DNA of 34,249 bases. It comes from a virus. Lineage: Duplodnaviria > Caudoviricetes. The stretch lies in IMG/VR virus record IMGVR_UViG_3300032295_001046, positions 1 through 34,249 of that record. One strand, written 5' to 3'. Made by a program: the position numbers and the translations under genes. Below the pieces are notes generated by a model. It was given only the letters and a program-made list of their open reading frames with translations, ran no database searches and was not told the origin of the DNA. Shown here piece after piece: positions 22,805 to 33,088 of this stretch (the first letter of the stretch is position 1; every line of letters begins with the position of its first letter).

Positions 22805-24649
22805 TTACTTCTTTTTTACTATTACCGATTGCCAAAAGTGTCTGCATTGAGGCACATGAGTGTTAGTTCCTTTAATTGTCATCCATCCACCTTTGTACAT
22901 GAACACATCATCATTGAATCCTGCTGTTGAAGCCTCATTCTGAAGCAAGTCTATTTCAGCTCTGGTGTATAATTTGTTTTGATTAATCATGTCGATGCAA
23001 AACTCACGACTTGTGTCTAACAATTTAGGGCTTAAATTAGTTGTGTATCTCCATTTAGTTTCTAAATTAACTGTGTTTACTTCTTCGGTTGATTGGATAT
23101 CCTGTACACGAGCTTGGATTTCACCATTTACTTCAGTGTATTTAACGATTAATTTGTTCTGAGTACCCAATGTTTCAATAGTCTTGTAAACATCTGCCTT
23201 ACTCATCCCTAAAGCCTCAGCAATTTTGCTAATGGTAGCCTTTTGATTCTCTGATAAATACTTCATTACCTTATCTTCTTTAGACTCGGCGAATTTATCA
23301 GCCTTAGAATACACGAAACACTCTTCAACTATCTCGTAATTGTCTGCACTTTCACCGATAGTTTTAAACTTTTCTAAGATAAAGTCTTTAGATGAGCTGA
23401 AAGCTGATTGGATTTGCTTTTTAGTTTCATCTACCATCCCCAATTTGTCAAAAATAAGCTTTCTCTTTTCGTCAAAAGTCAACACGCTCATAACATCCTC
23501 GACAGTTATCTCAATACCAATAGGGTCTAATGGGATAATCTTTACAGGGTTACCATAGAATCCGAAATACTGAAGTAAATAGTTCATGTCCTCTTCTTCT
23601 TCTTGTTGCTTAGGCTTTACATAGGTATTTGAAAAGTGTTCCCATGCTAAATCGAACTCTGAACGATTACCGCCAAGTTCACCCGGCGTTTTAATGCCAA
23701 ATAACAAACCATTAGAAACCCTATGAGAGTAAAGAATCTTATTGATAGTATCTTTACTTAATTGCTCATATTGTTTGTCTAATTCGTTACTTCTTAAAGG
23801 CTTAATTTCGGGAGCAGTAGTATTCGGGTTTTGAAAGTTTAAAAGAATCTCCCCTGCATTATCAGTACCGCTTGTCTTCTTTTTGAAAGCGTGTTCAATT
23901 TCGATTTGCTCTTCAGGATTGGTAGCTGTTCCATTAAAGAAAGTTACCATTGTACCAGCAGCAAAACCAGTCTTGATATTGTTTAACTGAAAAAAGTTAC
24001 ACTCAATGTCCGTTTCAATGGCTGTATTGCCACTTCCATATTCAGGCAATGGGTATATATCAGAAGCTGGGTTTTCGTCCGCTAAATAAAGAATCTGTTT
24101 TCCTTTCTTTTCTGTTGGGTTAAAAGCGGGTAAGGTTACCGCATCCTCTGGCAATTTGCCGTTTGACTTTTTCCATTTAGTATTGATAGACATTTCCTTT
24201 GTCCATTCCTTACTTATATAAAACTCGCTTCTATCTTCGTTAGTTCTAATCGTGTTGAACGCTTGAAGCTTTACAGATTTAAGTTTACCGAATACATCCC
24301 ACTCAACTAAGTAAGCAGCTCCGCCGTAAAGCGTTCTTTCAAAGATTTTCTTTTTAGATAACTCGTCAGCCGTTTGGCTTGGGTTAATAGATTTTAAAAC
24401 CTGCTCAAGTGCTAACTTGTCGCCGTTCCACTCTTCACGAATCTTGAATCCTTTACCAAAAATGTAGGTAGATTTACCCTTAATAATAGCAGCATGTATT
24501 CCGCTATTGTTATAAAGGTAGGCTAAGTAGTCTGGATAATCGTTTTGTTTACCGTATGCAATATATTCCTGATTCGGTTGTTTACGAAAGACAGGTGTTT
24601 CATTTGCATAAAGCGGAAACTTTGTGAAACTATAATTTTTATGGCTCAT
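22805..24649 (-). CDS. Portal protein with C-terminal HTH and Cys/His extension
   Basis: YPDYLAYLYNNSGIHAAII, YPLPEY, NNIKTGF, GTDNAG, HRVSNGLLFGIK, YVKPKQ. Confidence 0.85.
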   Translation of the reverse strand: MSHKNYSFTKFPLYANETPVFRKQPNQEYIAYGKQNDYPDYLAYLYNNSGIHAAIIKGKSTYIFGKGFKIREEWNGDKLALEQVLKSINPSQTADELSKKKIFERTLYGGAAYLVEWDVFGKLKSVKLQAFNTIRTNEDRSEFYISKEWTKEMSINTKWKKSNGKLPEDAVTLPAFNPTEKKGKQILYLADENPASDIYPLPEYGSGNTAIETDIECNFFQLNNIKTGFAAGTMVTFFNGTATNPEEQIEIEHAFKKKTSGTDNAGEILLNFQNPNTTAPEIKPLRSNELDKQYEQLSKDTINKILYSHRVSNGLLFGIKTPGELGGNRSEFDLAWEHFSNTYVKPKQQEEEEDMNYLLQYFGFYGNPVKIIPLDPIGIEITVEDVMSVLTFDEKRKLIFDKLGMVDETKKQIQSAFSSSKDFILEKFKTIGESADNYEIVEECFVYSKADKFAESKEDKVMKYLSENQKATISKIAEALGMSKADVYKTIETLGTQNKLIVKYTEVNGEIQARVQDIQSTEEVNTVNLETKWRYTTNLSPKLLDTSREFCIDMINQNKLYTRAEIDLLQNEASTAGFNDDVFMYKGGWMTIKGTNTHVPQCRHFWQSVIVKKK

Positions 24650-25034
24650 AAGCTTTTCTTGTTTGTGAAGCAGGTGTGTATTCTACTCTGCTTGATATTG
24701 TTTTGTCGTATGTCATTAAACCAGTCTCAACTATACCCATACTTAAGGTCGGGTCTAAATTAGTTGAGCTTGTTTGTTGGTAGATGTTGTATGTATACTC
24801 GTCGCCTAATGGAATATTAATTTGTCCCAATAGTGGATTCGGAGTAGTTGTTTGAACTGTTATTGTAAACTGATTATATCTGCAAGGATAAAGACTTGAA
24901 TCCGTTGCAATACAGTAGTAAGTTTGTTGAGTTTGATTGTTTATAAACTCAAATAAGTATTTAGGATTTGCTATTGTAGTTTTCTCTGCTAAAGTAAGCA
25001 CTACAATGTTAGTGAGCAAATCAAGTCTAATCAT
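24639..25034 (-). CDS. Hypothetical virion protein
   Basis: 131 aa, beta-rich, YTYNIYQQ...VETGL; preceded by a late promoter. Confidence 0.65.
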   Translation of the reverse strand: MIRLDLLTNIVVLTLAEKTTIANPKYLFEFINNQTQQTYYCIATDSSLYPCRYNQFTITVQTTTPNPLLGQINIPLGDEYTYNIYQQTSSTNLDPTLSMGIVETGLMTYDKTISSRVEYTPASQTRKAYEP

Positions 25035-25039
25035 ACTAT

Positions 25040-25066
25040 TAATATATTGAAAAAGCTCTTAAATAC
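25040..25066 (-). promoter_or_regulatory. Putative late promoter GTA-N14-CAATATATTA
   Basis: Perfect motif copy immediately after a terminator. Confidence 0.7.
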
Positions 25067-25092
25067 AAAAAGGGAGACCGAAGCCTCCCTTT
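25061..25092 (-). terminator. Intrinsic terminator after the capsid/tail-tube operon
   Basis: AAAGGGAGG-CTTCGG-TCTCCCTTTTT with a cUUCGg tetraloop. Confidence 0.85.
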
Positions 25093-25114
25093 ATGTGATA
25101 GACAAGTTTATGAA

Positions 25115-25630
25115 TTAAACTAAAGTTGCGATGATAGCTGAAGAGATACCATAAGGGTAGTCGTTCTCCATGCCTGTAAAGGTCAATACAAAACCATTCA
25201 ATGAGTTTGCATCTTTACCAGTACCTGCTGTTCCAGTAGTTAAGTCAAGACCGTTGTAAACACCGTAAACACTGTTCAAGCCGTTCATATCTTTTACGAT
25301 AATGATAACAGGCTTCTTAGCTAACACTCTCAATTCGTTACGCTTAGCCACATCGAATTTGTCAAGTTGGATTTCGACAGAGTGCATGATATATCCAGCA
25401 CCGTTTGCCACATCTCCAGCGTTGTCCGCTTTAGCCTCAGCAACATTTTTACGGAGTTTGTAGTTATAGAATTTCTTACCTCCAGTCATTGCCATTGTAG
25501 TAACTACACCAGCACTAACTGCAAAGGTAGAAGTGTTCAAGGCGTCTAATTCGCCAATCCATACTTCAGAAACGCCACCGATACTATCGCGGCAATCTAA
25601 AGTGAATCCTGTTGATAGTATGCACGCCAT
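25115..25630 (-). CDS. Major tail (tube) protein
   Basis: MAC.L..GF.LDC.DS.GG, IVKDMNG..YG..NGL, GF.LTFTG.E pattern; follows the capsid gene. Confidence 0.7.
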   Translation of the reverse strand: MACILSTGFTLDCRDSIGGVSEVWIGELDALNTSTFAVSAGVVTTMAMTGGKKFYNYKLRKNVAEAKADNAGDVANGAGYIMHSVEIQLDKFDVAKRNELRVLAKKPVIIIVKDMNGLNSVYGVYNGLDLTTGTAGTGKDANSLNGFVLTFTGMENDYPYGISSAIIATLV

Positions 25631-25632
25631 GA

Positions 25633-26595
25633 TTAAGCTAATTTAAAGGTTACGATTTCGTTAGGGAATTTTACTTGACAACCTAATTTGAAGTGGATGT
25701 CCAACATCATAGTTAAGCTGATAGGGTTTTCTCTGATTTCGAACATGTCTTCGTCAGATTCTAAGTCAGTACCAATAACAAAGTTAGAAGTTCTACCTAA
25801 ATGGATTCTGTTTGTAGTATCCAAACCGTAGTATCTTTCAACTCTGATTCCTGTACCCGGTAAAATCAATGAACCGCTTTGGTAAGCTGAACCGTTAACA
25901 CCATCGTAGAAGAACAAGTTAGCATTCTTTAATGCAGTGATTAATTTGTCAAAAGTGTCGCTACCGCACATAAATTCTAAATCTTCTTTAGATTTGATTT
26001 TGCTTGGTAATACAGCCCACATGCCGTCGAAGATACCAATAACATTAGCAGTAGTGATACCAGTACCAGTAGTAATACCAGTTGGGTTACCATTGATAGT
26101 AGTAGCTGAAGCGTCAGCGATGATTTTGTTAAAGCCATCGAATTGGGTCAAGTTAGAACCACCTGAACCACCGATTTGTGATTGCCACAATGCAGTTTCT
26201 TTAGCTTCGGTTAACAAACCTACTAAGTACTCGGTGAACTCAGTTTCGAAAGCAATGTAGTCGTATTTACTACCTGGTTTCAATGCTCTTTCAGTCCAAA
26301 AACCTTCTAATTGTTTAGCACAAAATTCTTGTTGAACTTTGATTTTACCAACTGTGATAGTTCTCTTAGAGAAAGTTACATTACCTGAAGCAGAGAAAGC
26401 ACAGCCGCTATCAGCTTGGTAAAATAATTGAGTCTCTAAGTAGTGTAAATCGTCAGTTGATTTGATACCAGTTTGCTTAGCAAATTTAGCACCTGTTTTA
26501 CCTTCGAAGAATGAACGAATCAATAGGTCTAATGATTGGTCATTTACCACTGCTGGTAGGCCTGTGGTGTCATAAGCGAATTTTTTTAGTTTCAT
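25633..26595 (-). CDS. Major capsid protein
   Basis: 320 aa after the protease/scaffold; FCAKQLE.FW, ETALWQ, FDGF, GTDLESD. Confidence 0.85.
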   Translation of the reverse strand: MKLKKFAYDTTGLPAVVNDQSLDLLIRSFFEGKTGAKFAKQTGIKSTDDLHYLETQLFYQADSGCAFSASGNVTFSKRTITVGKIKVQQEFCAKQLEGFWTERALKPGSKYDYIAFETEFTEYLVGLLTEAKETALWQSQIGGSGGSNLTQFDGFNKIIADASATTINGNPTGITTGTGITTANVIGIFDGMWAVLPSKIKSKEDLEFMCGSDTFDKLITALKNANLFFYDGVNGSAYQSGSLILPGTGIRVERYYGLDTTNRIHLGRTSNFVIGTDLESDEDMFEIRENPISLTMMLDIHFKLGCQVKFPNEIVTFKLA

Positions 26596-26604
26596 GTTAT
26601 TTAT

Positions 26605-28224
26605 TTATTTTTGTTTGTTTAAAATTTGTACTAATCTGTTGAATTTAGATGCTTTACTTTCAACGCTCACTCTTTTAGCGTCATTAATTGGAGCTTCAGG
26701 AGTTTCGATGTTTGAAAGGATTTCAACTGCTTTAAATAAAGAGGCTACTTTCTCAGCGTTTGCACTCATCTCAATAGCGTGTTGAGCTTTTAAAGATTCG
26801 ATTTGAGCTGTAAACTCAGCAGCTTGAGTTGCTAATGCTTCGTTAATTCTGCTCATTACTACTTCTTCAGTCAATGGGCTTTCTTCTGGCATCTCTTCAA
26901 CTTCTTTTACTTCGATGATTTTACCTTCTTCAACTTTGATAACTACACCGCTTTGCAAAGTGTGTTCACCATTTGGAGCTTCAGCTTCTGTTCCGTCAGG
27001 CATAACCAATTTAATTGACTCACCTACTGCGATAACTCCGCTCACTGATGCACTGCCGTCCATTAAAGGAATAAGTGCTAATTCGACAGTCTCTGTCGTT
27101 TGTTCTGTAACTTCTGGAGCTGATTGCTCAGCGTCAAAAGCCTGTTTTAGTTTGGCCGTTAAGTCCTCACCCAAAACATTTTTTAGATTATTGAAATTCA
27201 TGTTATTAATTAATTTATTTTTTATTTTTTCGTATACATTACGCTCAGCGTCAATTAACTTATGGTCGTTAAAATAACCCTCTACGCTAAAGCCTTTTAT
27301 CTCACCGCTTTTAACTTTCTCCCATACTTGCTCATTGTCTACTTTAACAAAGCCAAACCATGAACCATCTTTAGCAGGTGTAAATCCTTCAGGGGTTTTA
27401 ACGCCTAATTTTGAATCGATTATAAAATGGCTCATTAAATAGCATTGCTCAGCAGGTTGTGAGTCGTCGTGGTTAATGTTAAATGTCAAAGCCTTGCCCT
27501 TCTTGGCCATCTTCTTAACTATCTTTTCGATAGCAGATGCTGGAAAGGTTACATAATACTCCGAACCGTCTTCGTCTCTTCTGTAAATTGGTTGGTCAGC
27601 AGTCATCAAGAATCCACCTAATAAGCGTTTCTCTTCGTTTATAACGCTAAATTCTTGGCTTTTAAATGAATCTATCTGTTTACTAAATTGAGCATTTTTA
27701 TTCTCCCATTTAGAGTAGCAGATTGCAATGGCTTGTTCTTGTTCAGAACCTTCGTCCATTACATACTTAATACATCTTGGCATGAACTCTTCTTGTGTTT
27801 CACCACTTGTAGGCTCAACAAACTTTTGACCTACTTTGCCAAGTTCCGCTACTACATCGGCGTTATTATCAAAATGCTTAACGATACTTAACTCTAAAAT
27901 CTTAGCGACTTTAGATTCGTTTGAACCTACTGCAAAAACATTTGAGTGAGGGATTCCCAATTTATCAGCTATTGGATAAATTCCGCTAACTGAGTTACGA
28001 GCTGACACGATATAAACCGTAGCTCCTTTTTCTATAAATTGCTTGGCTAAATCTTGACCTTCTGAAGTGCTTAAAGTACCATCAAAATCAAAACTGATTT
28101 TCTCTGAAGCGAACGCTCTCCAATTCCTTTCGATTGCTGGTTGTAAAACAAGACCAACGGCGAAAACTTCTGTCTCGTCGTTTAAGTCTTCGTCGATGTC
28201 TAAGACATACAATGGGAGCTTCAT
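26605..28224 (-). CDS. Prohead protease (XkdF-like) with inserted HAD-like domain, fused to a C-terminal scaffold
   Basis: LVLQPAIE, DQPIYRRD, FNINHD, GSWF..VK, IKGFSVEGYF; acidic coiled-coil tail. Confidence 0.85.
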   Translation of the reverse strand: MKLPLYVLDIDEDLNDETEVFAVGLVLQPAIERNWRAFASEKISFDFDGTLSTSEGQDLAKQFIEKGATVYIVSARNSVSGIYPIADKLGIPHSNVFAVGSNESKVAKILELSIVKHFDNNADVVAELGKVGQKFVEPTSGETQEEFMPRCIKYVMDEGSEQEQAIAICYSKWENKNAQFSKQIDSFKSQEFSVINEEKRLLGGFLMTADQPIYRRDEDGSEYYVTFPASAIEKIVKKMAKKGKALTFNINHDDSQPAEQCYLMSHFIIDSKLGVKTPEGFTPAKDGSWFGFVKVDNEQVWEKVKSGEIKGFSVEGYFNDHKLIDAERNVYEKIKNKLINNMNFNNLKNVLGEDLTAKLKQAFDAEQSAPEVTEQTTETVELALIPLMDGSASVSGVIAVGESIKLVMPDGTEAEAPNGEHTLQSGVVIKVEEGKIIEVKEVEEMPEESPLTEEVVMSRINEALATQAAEFTAQIESLKAQHAIEMSANAEKVASLFKAVEILSNIETPEAPINDAKRVSVESKASKFNRLVQILNKQK

Positions 28225-28230
28225 TGATTA

Positions 28231-28257
28231 TAATATATTGGTTTTATTCATTTGTAC
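28231..28257 (-). promoter_or_regulatory. Putative late promoter GTA-N14-CAATATATTA
   Basis: Perfect motif copy 6 nt before the protease ATG. Confidence 0.7.
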
Positions 28258-28266
28258 AATATAGAC

Positions 28267-30144
28267 CTATATAAGCGTTGCATTGTGTCTAATCTTAGCG
28301 ACTCTACCTTGTGAATCTGTGATGTCTTTTTCAAGGACATAAACTCTTTGAGATGATGCACCGCCACTTGTCGTAGTTGGAACGAATCTGCTTGTATTAG
28401 GGGCTGAACCCATAGAGCCTACACCTGCTGAACTTGAACTACCACCAGTCGAACCACCTGAAGCAGATGGAGACGCTCCACTTGTCAATATTGCTTTTGC
28501 TTTTGCTATTGCAGCTGTGATTCTAACCATACCCGCAGCGAATTGCAATGCACCCGCTACACCTGATGTCGGAGCGTTAGCAGGATTAGCCTCTGAGTTT
28601 TTAACCAATGAAGAAACAGCTAAGGCAGTATCAACAGCGATTTGTGAAATAGCCAAAGCTTTACCCAATGCACTCTGTTTGAATTGTTGACCTAATAAAG
28701 CCTCACCTAAAAACATGATGCTGTCCGTAGTGTCTTTGTAGATTTGTGCTTTAGCTTGTTGAGTCTTATTCCATTCTTGTAACTCATAAGCGTCAATCTC
28801 TTTTTGACGGTTAAATCTGTCTACGCTTAGTTGTAGTCTGTAAGCCTTTTCAAATTCTGATTGCTTTGTCTTAGCCTCTTCTGAGACCTTACCTTCATTC
28901 TCTAAACTTGCAATTAAATCACGCTCCATTTGAGCATTCTCTAAATCCAAATCACGCTTCCTTTTATAAGCGTCCATTTGGTCTTTGAGTGCTTTGTCCT
29001 CAGCGGTTTTATTTTTGCTTGCTTCGTCTTTTCTACGCTCAGCTCCTATCTTAGTAGTTATATTGCTCTCAGTTTCTATTCTTTGAGCTTCTTCAATTTT
29101 TACTTTTGCTAAATCTTCAAAAGCTTTCTTTTCTTTGTTTAGCTGATTTACTCTCTCTTGTGTTCCTTTCTCTTGAGCATTAGATACATCAGTATTAAAA
29201 GTTACATAGCCATCTCTAAGACCTTGTAAAATGATGTTAAATTTATCTAATGCACTGGCATTGTCTTCAAATTGTGCAGTAACTTGTTCAGACCCTCTCT
29301 TTGCTGCTGCTTCAAATAAAGCGTTAGCCTCAGCTCTTAAAGCAGTTGCTTTGATATATGCTCCTGTCTTTTCTCTGAATAATCTTTCAGCTTCGTTTAA
29401 ATCTTTAGCCACTCCTAAAGTGTCCCCGAAGTTTTTATTGTACTCAAATAAAGCGTCCTTTTTACTTATTATTCCTTTTCTCGCTCCATCAAATGAAGCT
29501 TGCATCTCATAAATTTGGGTGTTTAATGCATCAACATCAGCATAAGCACTTTTGTAAACTGTGTTTAGTTTCTCTTGGTCTTCTGTTATGCCTCTAGTCT
29601 TTTCCGACAATAGTTCAATAGCTTGGTATAAATAGCCTAAAGTAACGGCTACGCCACCAATTACACCAGCTTTTAACGCTCCGTTAAGTTTATCCCATCC
29701 CCTTGCACTTAACTCAGTCATTAAAGCTGACTCTTTATTCAATGTATTAGCGACTGCTTGCAATCCATTTAAAGCAGCTAAAGCTCCTTGAACTTTTAAT
29801 AGTGTTTTTTGGACTTCTTCGTTTTCATCACCTACCAAAGCCATTACACCTTGAACAGCAGTAAAACCTCCGACAATACCTTGAGCCGCATCTGTTATAG
29901 CGTCCAATCTTCTTGAGTCTGATGACAAGTTCTTTACTCGTTGGTTTACATCAGCAATTTGGTCTTGTAATTGGCCAGCCTCAATACTTAACTTTCTAAA
30001 CTGGTCATTATCTAAAGTCCCTGAAGCCAATAAGGCCTTCATTTCCTTTAACTGAGTTTTTAGGGATTTGGTTTTTTCTTCTACTTGGCTAACACTTTGT
30101 TGGCCTTTAAAGTCTAATTCTATTTCTATTTTGGTCTTTGCCAT
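28267..30144 (-). CDS. Tail tape measure protein
   Basis: 625 aa, Ala/Gly/Lys/Glu-rich helical and coiled-coil; ends RVYVLEKDITDSQ. Confidence 0.85.
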   Translation of the reverse strand: MAKTKIEIELDFKGQQSVSQVEEKTKSLKTQLKEMKALLASGTLDNDQFRKLSIEAGQLQDQIADVNQRVKNLSSDSRRLDAITDAAQGIVGGFTAVQGVMALVGDENEEVQKTLLKVQGALAALNGLQAVANTLNKESALMTELSARGWDKLNGALKAGVIGGVAVTLGYLYQAIELLSEKTRGITEDQEKLNTVYKSAYADVDALNTQIYEMQASFDGARKGIISKKDALFEYNKNFGDTLGVAKDLNEAERLFREKTGAYIKATALRAEANALFEAAAKRGSEQVTAQFEDNASALDKFNIILQGLRDGYVTFNTDVSNAQEKGTQERVNQLNKEKKAFEDLAKVKIEEAQRIETESNITTKIGAERRKDEASKNKTAEDKALKDQMDAYKRKRDLDLENAQMERDLIASLENEGKVSEEAKTKQSEFEKAYRLQLSVDRFNRQKEIDAYELQEWNKTQQAKAQIYKDTTDSIMFLGEALLGQQFKQSALGKALAISQIAVDTALAVSSLVKNSEANPANAPTSGVAGALQFAAGMVRITAAIAKAKAILTSGASPSASGGSTGGSSSSAGVGSMGSAPNTSRFVPTTTSGGASSQRVYVLEKDITDSQGRVAKIRHNATLI

Positions 30145-30148
30145 TATG

Positions 30149-33088
30149 TTAAATTTGTTGAACGGTTAAAATTACTGATGGTGATTCGGGAGTCTGTGGG
30201 GTTGCGACTGCTGGAATAGTTTCAATGCTTACATCTGTGTTATTTGTATTCCAGACAAGTTCGATATAATCGTTAGCACTTACGCTAAGCATTAAGTTTA
30301 CAGTTGTAATGTTATGCCCATGTACACCGCCATGACTATTCGGTATAGATACTTTGCTATTTGAGTTTGACACATCAACGCCGTTCAATCTGACAAAAAT
30401 ATTAGTATCATGAATCTGTACATTGCTATTTACATATTGAACTGACCAAGTAATATTATATGTACCTGCATGGTCAAAAACTATTCTTGATGTCGGACTA
30501 CCGATTGAAACTCCGTTGCTTAAATCTGTATGGTTAAATGTGATTGGGTAGTTAGCAGTTGTTGAAGCTGCAAATTGACTTGTAGTGTCATGGAATGCTC
30601 CGTAATATTTAGACGCTGTATATTGAACCCCATCTATATAGGTTACATTGCACTCCGATACTGTGATATTGTTAGTGTTAATCAAAACTACATTGCACAC
30701 ATTTGGCAAAATTACATTGCCACTACCTAAAATCGTGATGTTTGAGTTATTCCCTCCCAATGTATTGTCGCCTCCAGTGATTACTACTCCGACTGTATTG
30801 TCGTTTATATCGTTTCCGTTATTAGCACTTAAAATACCTTTCTTAATTACATTGCCTAAAGGGTTAGAGCCGTCTGTTTCTCCGCTACCTACTTTTGTCC
30901 CTCCTTGTCCATTGCCTCCGTTCTTGGTTGTTACCGTTGGGACTATTGGGTTTTTCTCTACAAGCTTTAATAGTTTTACTAAAGTAGTTTGATTTCCCAT
31001 CGGGTCAAAGTCCTCTACTTTAAGCAATCTGTAAGCGTTACCGTTTACCCAGTATTTCTTTCTAAAGTCTAAAGTAGCTATGTCAAAAACACTAAGTTTA
31101 AAATAAGCTTCTACCAATTTAGAATCCTTGTCTCCTATTTCCTCCCATTGTCTCTTATGAAATTGGTTGTATAAGTTGTTATTGGTTAGCTTTAAGCCTG
31201 TTGTGTTTGGCGTTGTGTAGTAGTAGAAGTCTTGCTGACTAAATGCTAAATCGTAGCTTGGGTTTTGTATGTCATCCACATGACCAGCGAATGGGATATT
31301 TGTATAATCTGTTTTAGTAGTAGTATTGTAGTTCCAATATCTAAGCTTACCACTTTGATTCATTCCACCAAAATAAGCAACGATTGGCTTTTGGCTTTTC
31401 TCTTGAGGCTGACCGTCATAGATAGTTCTCATGATGATGTTTTTGTCATCATCAGCTTGTAAAGGGATTATTGTGAATGGCAGTTCTAACTTCTTAGTCT
31501 CTTTGACAAATTGATTATCGAAGATTAAATCTAAATAACCGTAGTTAAAAGTAGTCGATTGCTGAAAGTTTCTTGATAAGTCGTCGCCATTATCAGCGTA
31601 AGTAAAGACTATCTCTTTATTTTCAAGTAAGCCTTGAGGCTTAATTACGAAGTCCTTAGACACATCCAATTTAGAAGTCCAATCTATTACCTCATTAGTG
31701 TAGTAGTTGTCTCTCGGCTCAATGATGATTGAATCCTCATAGATTGGCGACATATACAAGTTAAACATCTTAATGATTCCCATAAGAAAATCCTGCTGTT
31801 TCATGTCAGGCAAGATGTCAGCTATATTGAATGTTTGTCCGTAGTTGATTTGACCGTCTTGATACCATCTAAGAGTTGAGCCACTCTTATTTATTATTGA
31901 GCTAATATAATCGTTGTGTGGTTGACCGCTTGTCCAATAGCCAGTACATACGATTCTCATCTCGTCGCCAACTTCTAATAGAGTTGAATCTATCGAGATG
32001 TTTTGTGTGATGTTTAGCGTAGCGTTTCCACTAATTGTCTGAGAGCCTACGCCTATAAATTTGTAGTCAGTCCCTCTTTTTCTAATAGCTTGGAAAGTAA
32101 GCACACCTGCTGAGCTTTCATTCTTAGTTACTTCTATGTTTAAAGAAGCGTTTAGATTTGTGTAAGCTTGATAGCCACTTGTAAAAGTGCCTGTTGAGGA
32201 GTTGTATTGAGACGATGGGTCGCTATTAGTTATATTAAAAGTTAGATTGCTTGTACTGTAAACTGTAGATGGGCTTTTTACATTCGCGTTAGAAACTAAA
32301 GTTAGTGTCTGATTAGCGTTTCTATAAGCGTCTACTAATGTATTGTCAATCCATGTTTGGTTTGTTTGAAACTTAGTTATATCGCACTCCAAAATAAGCT
32401 TCTTAAATTGAGCAGTTTCAAAGAAATTGGCTACCTCTAAATTGATTCCTGCTTCGCTAAAGATAGCGTCAATAATATGCTTAACATAAATGAACGGTTT
32501 AAAGGCGTTGTAATTATAAGACAATACAGACAAAGGGTCGCCATTGACAGATAAAAAATTCCTTCCGTATTTGCTTAATCCTCTATCCAATAGCGGATAG
32601 GTCAATTTAATTGTAGGGTCAAAGACAGCTGTCCATGAATCAATAATAGAAGTATCGTCCCATGTGGCCGTACCTAATGTCGTCAAGTCGTTTAGTTTTA
32701 AATCAGCTATTTTGCTAAAGATGTCTATATTCTTGCCATAGATAGTTAGCACATAGATAACTTGGTTATTGTCTAAAATCTTAACCTCGTTTAATTGGCA
32801 ATAGCCGTTGATTTGTGGTAGTGTATCTTGATAGTATATACACCAAGCCTTTTTTGTAGGGTTAAAATCAGGGCTTAACTGTGTGTTGTTTCTAATGCTA
32901 AAGGAAACATCAAACAAAGACTTAAATACAAAGTCATTGGCTTTTGAGCCGGGAATCTCTACTGACTTGCTGAAGTCGCTTTGGCGTTTGCTTGGGTCGT
33001 CAATGTTATAGACTTCCTTTGTGATGTTTATGTCTAAATTCTCAATCGTATCGATTGAATAGCCACCTATTACTAATTCATTCTGCAT
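30149..33088 (-). CDS. Large tail tip/hub protein with C-terminal C1q/BclA-like domain
   Basis: 979 aa; SDFSKSVEIPGSKAN N-terminus; YGAFHDTTSQ...GTYNITWSVQ...DYIELVW C-terminus. Confidence 0.7.
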   Translation of the reverse strand: MQNELVIGGYSIDTIENLDINITKEVYNIDDPSKRQSDFSKSVEIPGSKANDFVFKSLFDVSFSIRNNTQLSPDFNPTKKAWCIYYQDTLPQINGYCQLNEVKILDNNQVIYVLTIYGKNIDIFSKIADLKLNDLTTLGTATWDDTSIIDSWTAVFDPTIKLTYPLLDRGLSKYGRNFLSVNGDPLSVLSYNYNAFKPFIYVKHIIDAIFSEAGINLEVANFFETAQFKKLILECDITKFQTNQTWIDNTLVDAYRNANQTLTLVSNANVKSPSTVYSTSNLTFNITNSDPSSQYNSSTGTFTSGYQAYTNLNASLNIEVTKNESSAGVLTFQAIRKRGTDYKFIGVGSQTISGNATLNITQNISIDSTLLEVGDEMRIVCTGYWTSGQPHNDYISSIINKSGSTLRWYQDGQINYGQTFNIADILPDMKQQDFLMGIIKMFNLYMSPIYEDSIIIEPRDNYYTNEVIDWTSKLDVSKDFVIKPQGLLENKEIVFTYADNGDDLSRNFQQSTTFNYGYLDLIFDNQFVKETKKLELPFTIIPLQADDDKNIIMRTIYDGQPQEKSQKPIVAYFGGMNQSGKLRYWNYNTTTKTDYTNIPFAGHVDDIQNPSYDLAFSQQDFYYYTTPNTTGLKLTNNNLYNQFHKRQWEEIGDKDSKLVEAYFKLSVFDIATLDFRKKYWVNGNAYRLLKVEDFDPMGNQTTLVKLLKLVEKNPIVPTVTTKNGGNGQGGTKVGSGETDGSNPLGNVIKKGILSANNGNDINDNTVGVVITGGDNTLGGNNSNITILGSGNVILPNVCNVVLINTNNITVSECNVTYIDGVQYTASKYYGAFHDTTSQFAASTTANYPITFNHTDLSNGVSIGSPTSRIVFDHAGTYNITWSVQYVNSNVQIHDTNIFVRLNGVDVSNSNSKVSIPNSHGGVHGHNITTVNLMLSVSANDYIELVWNTNNTDVSIETIPAVATPQTPESPSVILTVQQI

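Noticed and set aside
1176-31462. All + strand ORFs in the supplied track
   Set aside because: They are antisense shadows of well-supported minus-strand genes, with no recognisable motifs.
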